Below the pieces are notes generated by a model. It was not told the origin of the DNA. It made no database searches and saw only the letters and a list, made by a program, of their open reading frames with translations. 24,000 nt of DNA. Source: Agarivorans sp. Alg241-V36 (GTDB lineage: Bacteria; Pseudomonadota; Gammaproteobacteria; Enterobacterales; Celerinatantimonadaceae). Below, piece after piece: positions 8,140 through 17,206 of the stretch; position 1 is the stretch's first letter, and every line of letters starts with the position of its first letter. The position numbers and the translations under genes were made by a program. Location: contig NZ_UNRE01000008.1 in NCBI RefSeq assembly GCF_900537085.1, forward strand, positions 5,168-29,167. Reading direction: 5' to 3'.

Positions 8140-9124
8140 AGTAATACTTGGTTTTATCAGCTTTTCGCTAATTGCTGGTTTCTTTTCATATAAGTGGTTT
8201 GATAATTATTTAGTTGAGCAATGGGAGTTGCCCAGAACTAGCCAAGTTCAACAGATTTCAGTTGGAGCTGGCTCCAATATTTATCGGGCGGCCCAGCAAG
8301 TATTCGCTGATGCTGAGCAAGATACCTGGTGGCTACGTGTATGGTTTAAGCTTCATCCTCAGCATAGCGCGATTAAAAAAGGTTTGTACCAGCTAGATGA
8401 AGAGCTTAGTTATGCTCAGTTAAGCCAAATACTCGCCAGCGGCAAAGTGGTGCAATTTAAAGTAAGCCTCATTGAAGGTGAAACTTTTCAGCAGTTTTGG
8501 GAAAAGTTAAATCAAACCAAAGGCATCACACCTAGCGATAAAACAGAGCAAGAACTATTAGCCTGGCTTGAAGTAGAGCAGGGCAAATTAGAAGGTTTGT
8601 TGTTACCCGAAACATACTTCTTTGTTAACAATACCTCCGCCGAAAAGATCGTAAGACGCGCTAAGCTAGCTTTGGATAAAGTATTAGCGGAGCAATGGGA
8701 TAAACGTAACCAAGAGGTTCCGCTTAAAAATCCCTATGAAGCACTGATTCTGGCATCAATTATCGAAAAAGAAACAGGCGCTAAGTTTGAGCGACCACGA
8801 ATTGCTTCGGTCTTTGTAAATCGTCTTAATAAAGGCATGCGCTTGCAAACCGACCCTACGGTTATCTACGGCATGGGAGATCGTTACGACGGTAATATTC
8901 GTCGCAAAGATTTACGTGAAGCGACGCCTTACAATACCTATGTTATTCGTGCTCTTCCGCCAACGCCTATTGCCATGGCCAGCGAAGACGCGATTATCGC
9001 GGCGTTAAATCCCGAGCAATCTAATTACTACTATTTTGTGGCTAAAGGTGGTGGTGAGCATTATTTTTCTAAAAATTTGGCTGAGCATAATCGCGCAGTT
9101 AGAAAATACATATTAAAGAAATAA
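8129..9124 (+). CDS. mltG: Endolytic murein transglycosylase MltG (YceG)
   Basis: 331 aa with an N-terminal TM helix. It has the YceG-like motifs [15 protein letters not shown] and PYNTY. It overlaps the pabC stop by 11 nt. Syntenic with pabC-yceG-tmk. Confidence 0.92.
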   Translation: MLRKVILGFISFSLIAGFFSYKWFDNYLVEQWELPRTSQVQQISVGAGSNIYRAAQQVFADAEQDTWWLRVWFKLHPQHSAIKKGLYQLDEELSYAQLSQILASGKVVQFKVSLIEGETFQQFWEKLNQTKGITPSDKTEQELLAWLEVEQGKLEGLLLPETYFFVNNTSAEKIVRRAKLALDKVLAEQWDKRNQEVPLKNPYEALILASIIEKETGAKFERPRIASVFVNRLNKGMRLQTDPTVIYGMGDRYDGNIRRKDLREATPYNTYVIRALPPTPIAMASEDAIIAALNPEQSNYYYFVAKGGGEHYFSKNLAEHNRAVRKYILKK

Positions 9125-9129
9125 CTATT

Positions 9130-9759
9130 ATGACGCGTGGAAAATTTGTAGTAATTGAAGGCTTAGAAGGTGCAGGTAAAAGCACTGCTGTAGCAGCGAT
9201 TCAAGCTTTGTTAACACAACAGGGTATAGAATTTATTAATACCCGTGAGCCCGGTGGTACTCCTATTGCTGAATCTTTACGCACAATTGTTAAGCAGGGC
9301 GTTGATGGTGAGCAGGTGTGCGACTGTACTGAGCTGCTACTAATGTATGCTGCTCGAGCACAGTTGGTTGAAACCCGCATTAAACCTGCTTTAGCGGCAG
9401 GGAAATGGGTAGTTGGCGATCGCCATGATTTGAGCTCTCAAGCTTATCAAGGTGGCGGCAGAGAGCTAGGTGTAGACAAGCTTAGCGCCATTAAGCAGAT
9501 TGCTATTGGTGACTTTGAACCAGACTTAACTTTATATCTAGATATTGAACCTAGTTTGGGACTAAGCCGCGCCAGAAGCCGTGGTGAGTTAGATAGAATT
9601 GAGCAGCAAGCCTTGAGCTTTTTTGAACGCAGCCGTGCAGTTTATCTTAGGCAGGCGGAATCAAAAGACAACATCCTTAAGATTGATGCTAGCCAAAGCA
9701 TAGAGAAAGTCGCAGCAGACATTCATGCTGCACTCAATAACTATCTAGTCGCACTTTAA
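9130..9759 (+). CDS. tmk: Thymidylate kinase
   Basis: 209 aa with the P-loop GLEGAGKST and DRH motifs. Syntenic position. Confidence 0.95.
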   Translation: MTRGKFVVIEGLEGAGKSTAVAAIQALLTQQGIEFINTREPGGTPIAESLRTIVKQGVDGEQVCDCTELLLMYAARAQLVETRIKPALAAGKWVVGDRHDLSSQAYQGGGRELGVDKLSAIKQIAIGDFEPDLTLYLDIEPSLGLSRARSRGELDRIEQQALSFFERSRAVYLRQAESKDNILKIDASQSIEKVAADIHAALNNYLVAL

Positions 9760-9771
9760 ACGGTTGATATA

Positions 9772-10695
9772 ATGAGTTCACCTTGGTTAGGTCAGGCATG
9801 GAAACAGCTATCACATCAGCTTAGTGAAGATAGCTTTCCGCAAAGCCTTTTGCTTCGTGGGGAAAAAGGCTTAGGCAAATTACAGTTAGCAAAGTTTGTA
9901 GCTAAAACTATTTTATGCAGTGAGCAAAAGCATCAAGCTTGTAATCAATGTCATAGTTGCCAGTTGGTAGAATCAGGTGCCCACGGAAGTTTGTTTTTGC
10001 TAGAGCAGGAAAAACCTAAAGTAGATGACATTCGTGCATTGAGCCTATGGGCTAACCAAACCAGCAGTTTTGGCTCTTCAAAGGTTGCCATCATCAGTGA
10101 CATTAGTTTGCTAAACAGCGCTTCAAATAATGCCTTGTTAAAAACCTTAGAAGAACCGGTAGCATCAACTCATTTCATTTTAATTAATCATTTACCCTTT
10201 AAAGCGATGCCGACCATTTTGAGCCGCTGTCAGGTGTTAAGTATTAGTACTCCAGAGCAGATCTGGGTTAAACAATGGTTGATAAAACAAAAGGTGAGGG
10301 TAGATGAAAACTTTGCGCTCATTTATCGTTTTTGTAATGGTTCACCGATTCAAGTTAAAGAGTTTTATCGCGAGCAGCAGTTTTCTCAACTAGAGCAGTT
10401 TATTCATCAGTACCAACTTATGGTTGATGCAAAACCCAATAAACTTGCCGATTTGATCCACAAACAAGCTAGTTGTTTACAATGGTTAGGTCACTGTTTA
10501 ATGCTGTCTTTTAGCCTAGCTAAGGGCTTAGCGGTTAAAGAAGATTTCCCTCAGTTTGCGGTAACCAATACAACAGATAAAACCATTGACTTAGCTTATC
10601 AAGATTGGCTTAAGCTAGTTAAACAAATAGAAGAGTATCCAGGCCTAAATGTTGGCCAACAGCTATACCCGCTGTTCGCACGATTTAAGGATTAA
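9772..10695 (+). CDS. holB: DNA polymerase III delta-prime subunit
   Basis: 307 aa with a Cys-rich zinc module (CSEQKHQACNQCHSCQ) and the NALLKTLEEP and SRC motifs. Syntenic with tmk-holB-ycfH. Confidence 0.9.
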   Translation: MSSPWLGQAWKQLSHQLSEDSFPQSLLLRGEKGLGKLQLAKFVAKTILCSEQKHQACNQCHSCQLVESGAHGSLFLLEQEKPKVDDIRALSLWANQTSSFGSSKVAIISDISLLNSASNNALLKTLEEPVASTHFILINHLPFKAMPTILSRCQVLSISTPEQIWVKQWLIKQKVRVDENFALIYRFCNGSPIQVKEFYREQQFSQLEQFIHQYQLMVDAKPNKLADLIHKQASCLQWLGHCLMLSFSLAKGLAVKEDFPQFAVTNTTDKTIDLAYQDWLKLVKQIEEYPGLNVGQQLYPLFARFKD

Positions 10696-10700
10696 AGGAC

Positions 10701-11480
10701 GTGTTAGTAGATTCACATTGCCATTTAGACAGACTTGATTATCAAGGTAAGCATGTAAACGTAGCAGATGCTTTAGCTAAAGCAAAAGATGCTGGCGTGG
10801 ATTACTGCCTTGCCGTGGCTATCTCACCAGAAAAATTCCCAAGCATGATGGAAAAAGTGCAAGACTTTGATCAAGTTTTTGCTTCTTGCGGTATGCATCC
10901 ACTTTACGTTCAGGACCAAGAGTTTGATCTTGATAAAATGGAAGCCTATTTATCGCATCCCAAAGTGGTTGCTGTTGGTGAAACAGGCTTAGATTACTTT
11001 TATGCTAAAGAACATAAAGAGTTACAGCAGCGAGTTTTTATTGAGCAAATAAAGCTAGCGGTTAAACACAATAAACCGTTAATTATTCATACTCGCGATG
11101 CCAGAGAAGATACCTTACGATTGCTTAAGGAACACAAAGCAGAGCAATGTAAGGGCGTTCTTCACTGTTTTACTGAGAGCTTAGAAATGGCTGAAGCAGC
11201 CATTGAGATGGGTTTTTATATATCAGCTTCTGGGATTATTAGTTTTAACTCTGCAAAAGAGTTGCAACAAACCTTTAAGCAAATTCCACTAGATAGGATT
11301 TTAGTAGAAACCGACAGCCCGTATTTAGCGCCAATCCCTTTTAGAGGTGAAGAAAATCAACCTGCTTATACGCGTCAGGTTGCTGAGTGTTTAGCTAAAA
11401 TAAAAGGGATCAGTTTAGAAGAAGTGGCGGAGCAAACCACCCAAAACTTTTTTGATTTGTTTAGCTTGGCTAAGCCTTAA
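10701..11480 (+). CDS. ycfH: TatD-family metal-dependent hydrolase YcfH
   Basis: The GTG start gives (M)LVDSHCHLD, matching E. coli MFLVDSHCHLD. GETGLDY, HTRDA, HCF and ETDSPYLAP motifs are present. AAGGA at 10687-10691 lies 9 nt upstream of the start. Confidence 0.92.
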   Translation: MLVDSHCHLDRLDYQGKHVNVADALAKAKDAGVDYCLAVAISPEKFPSMMEKVQDFDQVFASCGMHPLYVQDQEFDLDKMEAYLSHPKVVAVGETGLDYFYAKEHKELQQRVFIEQIKLAVKHNKPLIIHTRDAREDTLRLLKEHKAEQCKGVLHCFTESLEMAEAAIEMGFYISASGIISFNSAKELQQTFKQIPLDRILVETDSPYLAPIPFRGEENQPAYTRQVAECLAKIKGISLEEVAEQTTQNFFDLFSLAKP

Positions 11481-11513
11481 AAAAACAGCTCCACTCTAGT
11501 CCCTGAGCGGAGC
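11479..11513 (-). terminator. Probable intrinsic terminator of rsmF (read on the minus strand)
   Basis: Minus-strand RNA: GCUCCGCUC-agggacua-GAGUGGAGC, a 9-bp stem that includes one G-U pair, followed by UG and U7. On the plus strand the same position is an A-C mismatch and no U-tract follows. Confidence 0.6.
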
Positions 11514-11588
11514 GTAGGGGAATGGCTCTGTGTAGAGCCTTGCGCTAATAGTCTTTTAAGTGTAGACCTAGCGGTGGGCTTTGCAAGT

Positions 11589-13016
11589 TCAGGCTAGTCC
11601 TTTGTCTTTCACCAGCTCTCTTGGGTAAGAGTTTTTAACTTTGTTTCTTACCCATTTACCCAAGCCAATAACATAGCCTTGATAACTTAAGGCTACTTCG
11701 CCTTTATTGGTATTGGGGTAAGCTATGTCTTTCCCTTGATAAAAATGATGAGCTTGTTCTGCATCTAATTCCACTCTGTTCTTTGAGACCAAATGCCCAA
11801 GTGCAGTTATGGCATAGTGGCTTGTTCTAAAGCCATGTTTAAACTCTTCAGCTAGCTTAAGCCCAACTCGCTCAAATCGCATTTCATCTTTTACTGGTAA
11901 AAAGCTATCGGGAAGTAACCAATAATCGTTAGCTTTGGTAAATACACTATAGTTTTCGGGAAAAGTAACTCCAAACTGAGAGCTAAAGTGCTGCGCTATT
12001 GTAACTTGTTGTTTTTTAGTTGCTGGTTGGTAGGAAAAAGGCTTAATACGCTTGTTAATCATCGGAGTATCAATGCTGCCTGTATTTTTGCGAAGTGCTG
12101 CTACAAAAAAACCTTCACTGTCATAGTATTGCGGCCAAACATGCAAATAGCCCTCGGGGGTAAGTGCTTTGTTGCTATTTTCAAACAGCCCTTCGAGGTT
12201 GACTGTTGAAAAACTGTCTGGGTATTTGTCGGCAATATTGTTGATGACTTGCTGATTTTCTTGTTGATTTAAGGTACAGGTTGAATAGACAAGCAAGCCT
12301 TCGGGCTTTAAAGCTTGCAGTGCACTTTCTAGTAAGTCGGTTTGAAGCTTCGAAATCTCATCAACATGTTGCTCACTCCAGTTGTCTAAGGCTTGAGGAT
12401 CTTTTCGTAAAGTTCCTTCGCCAGAGCAGGGGGCGTCGAGCAAAATGGCATCGAATTGCTCACTCATCCAAGTACCAAATACTTCAGCGCTAAAGTGGGT
12501 AACAGCTACATTTCTTACCCCGCAGCGCAATAAATTGGCGCTAAGTACTTTTACTCGACTGGCAGAATATTCATTGGCAACAATCGCGCCTCTACCTTGA
12601 AGCTCAGCAGCAATTTGTGTGGTTTTTGAACCTGGCGCTGCCGCAGCATCCAGCAATAAGCTATTTTCATCTGCTTGATAACAATGAAATAGCGCGCTTA
12701 CTGGCAACATGGAACTGGCTTCTTGAATATAGAACAAGCCTGCTTGGTGCTCAGCGGTGTTGCCAAGCGAGAGTGATTCATCCTCTCGGGTGATCCAAAA
12801 ACCAGTAGAGCACCATGGTATAGGTTCTAGCTGCCATTGATTGCTATTAGCTAACTGCAAAAACTCTTTAACGCTAATTTTTAGAGTATTCACCCTGATG
12901 CTTTTACGCATCTCTTGCTGGCAAATTTCTTTGAAGCTAGCCAAGCTTAAATCATCGGGGAGATCTTTCTCGATGCGTTCAATAAACTTGGCAGGAAAAT
13001 TTATAGATTTAGTCAA
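11589..13016 (-). CDS. rsmF: 16S rRNA m5C1407 methyltransferase RsmF (YebU)
   Basis: 475 aa. RKSIRVNTLKISV, FYIQEASSMLP, AAAPGSKTT, DAPCSGEG and YSTCT motifs are colinear with E. coli RsmF. The start codon is TTG at 13016, since no ATG lies upstream of the conserved N-terminus. It begins 12 nt after the letB stop. Confidence 0.92.
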   Translation of the reverse strand: MTKSINFPAKFIERIEKDLPDDLSLASFKEICQQEMRKSIRVNTLKISVKEFLQLANSNQWQLEPIPWCSTGFWITREDESLSLGNTAEHQAGLFYIQEASSMLPVSALFHCYQADENSLLLDAAAAPGSKTTQIAAELQGRGAIVANEYSASRVKVLSANLLRCGVRNVAVTHFSAEVFGTWMSEQFDAILLDAPCSGEGTLRKDPQALDNWSEQHVDEISKLQTDLLESALQALKPEGLLVYSTCTLNQQENQQVINNIADKYPDSFSTVNLEGLFENSNKALTPEGYLHVWPQYYDSEGFFVAALRKNTGSIDTPMINKRIKPFSYQPATKKQQVTIAQHFSSQFGVTFPENYSVFTKANDYWLLPDSFLPVKDEMRFERVGLKLAEEFKHGFRTSHYAITALGHLVSKNRVELDAEQAHHFYQGKDIAYPNTNKGEVALSYQGYVIGLGKWVRNKVKNSYPRELVKDKGLA

Positions 13017-13028
13017 AATGCAGGTGTT

Positions 13029-15629
13029 CTATGGCTCAATGGAAGGGCTCCATTGTAACCATTTTCCATCGTAAATGGCTTGCAGATCGAACTTATCTTG
13101 ATCCTTAGCCGGCTTGGCAAGCGGCTCTTCGTCGGGAGTTGCAAAAGCAATTCCTCCGGTTAATAGCGTTTCCATTGAATCAAGCCGGATATTTGCTCCA
13201 CCTAGGCCTAGTTTTACATCAACGCCAGAGGCGTTCCAAAACACACTATTTTCACGTACTAAGTGGCGATAGGCTGAATCAATATTCAAGCGAGCCATAA
13301 TTTTCGAACCGTCCATGGCCAGTTGGGCATCGTCTACGTAACCCACAGGATATTGTTTATAGAGTACCGGGCTGCCCACTTTTAGAGAACCAAAGTGACT
13401 GCTACTTAACCAAATATGCAAAGCTTTAGTGTCAGTATTAGGAGGCTGTTTTTGTAAAGAGAATTGTTGTGCGGGTTTCCCTTTACCGGGCAGGGCGTTA
13501 ATAAAGTCACCTCTTACTAAGGTATCTAAGTTTTTAACTTCCGATAAACTAATTGACGCCGTTTCTTGCCAATATAAACTGCCGCTTCGGGCGAAGTTTC
13601 GATAGTAAGGGAAGTCTAATTCGGCATCAGCTTGTAGCGTTGATAGGTCATCATTAAAACTTAAACCTGTAACCTTACCAATTTGTTGGCCTTTATATTT
13701 AATCGGCATATTTTTGTACAGGCCGTGACTATCACTTGTAGACAGCTGAATAGCAAGATGACGCTTAGTCGCATCTTCTTTGGATTTATGAATGGTTCGA
13801 ACACTTTCTTTCGCTAAGTCTTCAAAATGATCAAAACTAATGCCGCCCATAACCAAAGACTTTAGCGATTCACTGTTTACTGATAAGCCCTCAAAACTGG
13901 CTTTTATCTCAAGACCCGAGGCATGCCAGAAGCGACTATTGTCAGTAACCAAGTGCCGGTAATTGCCATGAATGTTTAGTCTAAGGTCAATACTGCCATC
14001 TTTTAATAATGTGTAATGTTCAACTTCACCCACGGGTACTCGTCTAAATAGAACTGGCGCACCTTCTGCTAAAGAGCCTAAATACTGGGTATTCAAACGA
14101 AGTGTTAACGGTTTTTCGACCTTAGATTTAGATAATAAGGCCGCTTGTTTATTTTGATGTAGGGCATACTGAGTTTGACTACTTTGTTTATTGCTATGTC
14201 CGGGCATCAAAATGATTGGTGAACTAATAAAGCCGCTAAGCCCACTGCTTTCAACACTTATACCGTTTAAATCTGCTTCTAGTGCTAAGGGACTTTGATT
14301 GTAAAAACGACTACCTTGAGTAAGTAATTTGCTGTATTCAGGGTTGATGAATGCTGTTAACTCAAAGCTTCTATCAACTAAGTTTATTTCCGTTAACCTA
14401 CCAATGGTGAGCCCACTGTATACGATGGGGCTATTAGTGCTCAAGCCTTTTACATTGTCGCTGGTAAAGCTTATAGCTTTGCTTCCAAGGGGAGGCTTAG
14501 GCGATGTGGTAAGCGTAAACTCTGTTTGAAGCTCACCTTGTTCTGCAATCACTTCTATTTGTTTAGCGCCGATTAACGCACCTAGATTTTTAACCCCATT
14601 TAGTCCTATTTCGGGCCTTATTAGAACTAATTGAGTGGTATCGTTAAATAGATCTTCATATTTAGGTTCGACTAACGCTTTGGCTAAAAAGTGATCGTGA
14701 CTTCCGGTATTTTGAATGTCATTCACAAATCCGATTACCGCACCTCGGTAGATGAGTTTGCTGCGGTCTGCGACCAAGCCATGCTGTTGTTGCATGGTAA
14801 TTTGTATCGCTTTGCCTCGCTGAGAATCTTTTAGGTTGTTATATAGGGTAAAGTTTTGGCCTTTGTCAGCCTTAGCAGATTGAAGCGGGCTGTCAAAACT
14901 CACCCCTCCAGAAATAACGCTAGCCAGACTTTCGCTAGATATTTGCATTCCATCGAGGGAAATATCAGCTTCGAAGCCACTTACATTCCAAAACCGGGTA
15001 TCTATTTTAACCAAGTGGGCGAATTGAGGCTTAATTTGAATGTCGAATTCAACTTGGTGTTGGTCATTTAGTTGATAGCGCTGAACTTCACCCACAGTTA
15101 TTTTTTTAAAATAAACAGGTGAGCCAATATTGAGAGAGCCTAAGTCACTTGAAGTGAGACGAACATTTAGGCCGTTACCTCTAATGATATTGGGTGGTTC
15201 ATTTAACGCTACAAATCTATCCGCCGATTTCCCTTTGCCCGGATTTAACTCAATATAGTTACCAGATACGAGGGCGTCTAAGCCGCTAATTTCAGTAATC
15301 GAGGCTTTGGGCGTAACCAGCCAAAATTGACTATCTTCCTTTAGCAGCTGTTCTGCTTCTCGTTTCACTTCGGCAACAACAATCACACCATCTAGTTTGG
15401 GAGTAAGTTCAACAGTTTTCACTACGCCGATATCTAAGCCTTGATAAAACAGCTGGGTTTGTCCGGCGGTAATACCTTTTGCACTATCAAATTCAATGTT
15501 TATTTTAACGCCGGCTTCAGACCATGCTTTAAACAACAACCAAGCACCTAATAGCACAGCCAAGATCGGCAATAGCCAAATAGGGGAGATTACCTTCTCT
15601 TTTTTAAGTTCCGGTTTACTAGCGTTCAA
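13029..15629 (-). CDS. letB: LetB (YebT): seven-MCE-domain periplasm-spanning lipid transport protein
   Basis: 866 aa (E. coli LetB is about 877 aa) with an N-terminal TM helix. Seven repeats of the MCE signature are visible: QLFYQGLDIGVV, GSPVYFKKITVGEV, SKLIYRGAVIGFV, NSPIVYSGLTIGRL, GAPVLFRRVPVGEV, NMPIKYKGQQIGKV and GSPVLYKQYPVGYV. It lies between letA and rsmF as in E. coli. The TTG start at 15629 overlaps the upstream stop by 11 nt. Confidence 0.9.
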   Translation of the reverse strand: MNASKPELKKEKVISPIWLLPILAVLLGAWLLFKAWSEAGVKINIEFDSAKGITAGQTQLFYQGLDIGVVKTVELTPKLDGVIVVAEVKREAEQLLKEDSQFWLVTPKASITEISGLDALVSGNYIELNPGKGKSADRFVALNEPPNIIRGNGLNVRLTSSDLGSLNIGSPVYFKKITVGEVQRYQLNDQHQVEFDIQIKPQFAHLVKIDTRFWNVSGFEADISLDGMQISSESLASVISGGVSFDSPLQSAKADKGQNFTLYNNLKDSQRGKAIQITMQQQHGLVADRSKLIYRGAVIGFVNDIQNTGSHDHFLAKALVEPKYEDLFNDTTQLVLIRPEIGLNGVKNLGALIGAKQIEVIAEQGELQTEFTLTTSPKPPLGSKAISFTSDNVKGLSTNSPIVYSGLTIGRLTEINLVDRSFELTAFINPEYSKLLTQGSRFYNQSPLALEADLNGISVESSGLSGFISSPIILMPGHSNKQSSQTQYALHQNKQAALLSKSKVEKPLTLRLNTQYLGSLAEGAPVLFRRVPVGEVEHYTLLKDGSIDLRLNIHGNYRHLVTDNSRFWHASGLEIKASFEGLSVNSESLKSLVMGGISFDHFEDLAKESVRTIHKSKEDATKRHLAIQLSTSDSHGLYKNMPIKYKGQQIGKVTGLSFNDDLSTLQADAELDFPYYRNFARSGSLYWQETASISLSEVKNLDTLVRGDFINALPGKGKPAQQFSLQKQPPNTDTKALHIWLSSSHFGSLKVGSPVLYKQYPVGYVDDAQLAMDGSKIMARLNIDSAYRHLVRENSVFWNASGVDVKLGLGGANIRLDSMETLLTGGIAFATPDEEPLAKPAKDQDKFDLQAIYDGKWLQWSPSIEP

Positions 15630-16224
15630 GTTGTTTATCCCAAATTAGTCTTGTATCGAATGATTTTGCTGCAAAAAGCGTTAATAAAACTACTGCGCCA
15701 AATGCAGTGGCGCCAGGGCCTGCTTCTACGCCCACCAAATTATTGCGTTCAAATACTGCAATCATGATCGAAAGCACAAACAGATCGAGCATTGACCACT
15801 TGCCAATAATGTCAATTATTCTATAAATAACAATCCGTTGTCGATTATTAAGGTTCAGTTTGAATTGCAGGCTCAATAAGATAACTATTAAACCTACTAA
15901 CTTCATTACCGGGACCACAATACTGGCAACAAACACCACAATGGCAATACCCACCATGTCATCTTTGATTAGGCTAATTACCCCAGACATAATGGTTTCA
16001 TATTGAGGCGCTCCGCGAGTACTTAATACGGTAATTGGCATTAGGTTGGCAGGGAACAGGCCTACGGTAGCGGCAATGATAAAAGCCCAACATTTTTGCA
16101 GGCTTTGCGGTGTTCTTGAATGCACTCGCATATGGCAGCGCGGACAGTGGCTTTGCTCCTCGGGCATCGATAATTTGCAATGCCTGCATTGTTTTAAGCC
16201 TACCTGCTTAGCGGATGTGTACAT
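15619..16224 (-). CDS. letA: LetA/PqiA-family inner-membrane protein, C-terminal-module half (separate ORF)
   Basis: The ORF track starts at TTG 16251. ATG 16224 is preferred because GGGAG lies 4 nt upstream. The 201-aa product begins MYTSAKQVGLKQCRHC...CPRC (zinc ribbon), then SLQKCWAFIIAA..FPANLMPI, which aligns with the second half of E. coli YebS. It has four hydrophobic segments. Confidence 0.85.
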   Translation of the reverse strand: MYTSAKQVGLKQCRHCKLSMPEEQSHCPRCHMRVHSRTPQSLQKCWAFIIAATVGLFPANLMPITVLSTRGAPQYETIMSGVISLIKDDMVGIAIVVFVASIVVPVMKLVGLIVILLSLQFKLNLNNRQRIVIYRIIDIIGKWSMLDLFVLSIMIAVFERNNLVGVEAGPGATAFGAVVLLTLFAAKSFDTRLIWDKQLER

Positions 16225-16828
16225 AACGCTCCCAATATTCAGCGGGTTCAATCCGCTGAATTAAGCGAGTAGAAAGCAGTAAGGTAATACAAATACACCA
16301 AAGCCCATAACCTAAGTCAATATCAGCATACTCAACCAGTTTTACCAAAGCGACTAAAAAGCTAACGATGTAGACTTCAATCATACTCCAGTGAATCAGG
16401 TCATCTTGAAAGTGCAAGGCTGTCGCGAGAAAGGGCGCTTTCCAACCCTTGCTTAAGGACAAAGAGGTATAGCAAATCAAGCTAAACAGCAGGATAGGCG
16501 CAATAAAACTGGCTAACACCACGCTAAAGCCTACAAGGTAATAGCCGTTTTCTAATAATAAAACGGTACCGCGCAAGATATTGGCGGAACTAGGGATCCC
16601 AAGAAAGGTGAAACTTAACAAGGGGTAGGTATTTGCTAGAGTCACCATTATTAAACAAGTTAGCGCTAAGGCAAATTGACTAGAGAAACGAGCCCTACGC
16701 CCGCGTGCCAGAGTATGTTTGCAGCGTGGGCAAATGAGTACATTTCCGGCTCTACAGTGAGCCTGGGTGTCGACCAGCAAATCACAACTTGGGCAGATGG
16801 ATAGCTTTGATAACTCACAAGATTTCAT
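16208..16828 (-). CDS. letA: LetA/PqiA-family inner-membrane protein, N-terminal-module half (separate ORF)
   Basis: 206 aa with the CPSC...CPRC zinc ribbon and four hydrophobic segments. It ends ..AEYWERYVHIR*, which aligns with the inter-module linker of E. coli YebS (..EELWERFYPQR). No SD is obvious. Confidence 0.85.
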   Translation of the reverse strand: MKSCELSKLSICPSCDLLVDTQAHCRAGNVLICPRCKHTLARGRRARFSSQFALALTCLIMVTLANTYPLLSFTFLGIPSSANILRGTVLLLENGYYLVGFSVVLASFIAPILLFSLICYTSLSLSKGWKAPFLATALHFQDDLIHWSMIEVYIVSFLVALVKLVEYADIDLGYGLWCICITLLLSTRLIQRIEPAEYWERYVHIR

Positions 16829-16908
16829 AGAGTATATATTAGCTAAGTCACACCAACTATGCTGTAAAAATTTGTCACTAGTAGTTTAAAAGTGAATGAT
16901 GCATACTA

Positions 16909-16928
16909 TCCTGTATATAAAAACAGTA
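16909..16928. promoter_or_regulatory. LexA (SOS) box upstream of yebG
   Basis: TCCTGTATATAAAAACAGTA matches 17 of 20 positions of the gammaproteobacterial consensus TACTGTATATATATACAGTA, with an intact CTGT-N8-ACAG core. It ends 13 nt before the yebG GTG. E. coli yebG is a known SOS gene. Confidence 0.85.
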
Positions 16929-16941
16929 AATGGAGGCAGCG

Positions 16942-17202
16942 GTGGCTGTAATTATCAAATATGTCGTCGAACGTAACGGTGTAGAGAAAATGACTTTTAG
17001 TTCAAAAAAAGAAGCCGACAATTACGATAAAATGTTAGACGTAGCTGATCAGCTTACATTAATGATAAAACATGCAGAGCCTAAGATGAACGAGCAACAA
17101 GCTGAAAACCTAGGTTTTTATCTTTCATCACAACGCAATGCATTGCAGCAAGTGCTTAAAGGCCAAGAGTTTGATGCAACGATGATCCAAGACGAGGAGT
17201 AA
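16942..17202 (+). CDS. yebG: DNA damage-inducible protein YebG
   Basis: The ORF track starts at ATG 16930. The GTG at 16942 has GGAGG (16932-16936) 5 nt upstream and gives (M)AVIIKYVVERNGVEKMTFSSKKEADNYDKMLD, which aligns with E. coli MAVEVKYVVIREGEEKMSFTSKKEADAYDKMLD. Confidence 0.88.
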   Translation: MAVIIKYVVERNGVEKMTFSSKKEADNYDKMLDVADQLTLMIKHAEPKMNEQQAENLGFYLSSQRNALQQVLKGQEFDATMIQDEE

Positions 17203-17206
17203 CAGA

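Noticed and set aside
13029-16828. Annotating the MCE locus as PqiABC (paraquat-inducible).
   Set aside because: The MCE protein has seven MCE repeats and about 866 aa, which is LetB/YebT-like; PqiB has three repeats and about 546 aa. No pqiC-like lipoprotein gene follows it. The neighbours (rsmF, msrC, proQ, prc) match the E. coli yebS-yebT locus.
16862-16877. A second CTGT-containing motif (CTGTAAAAATTTGTCA) in the letA/yebG spacer, considered as a second LexA box.
   Set aside because: The right half is GTCA rather than ACAG, so it does not fit CTGT-N8-ACAG.
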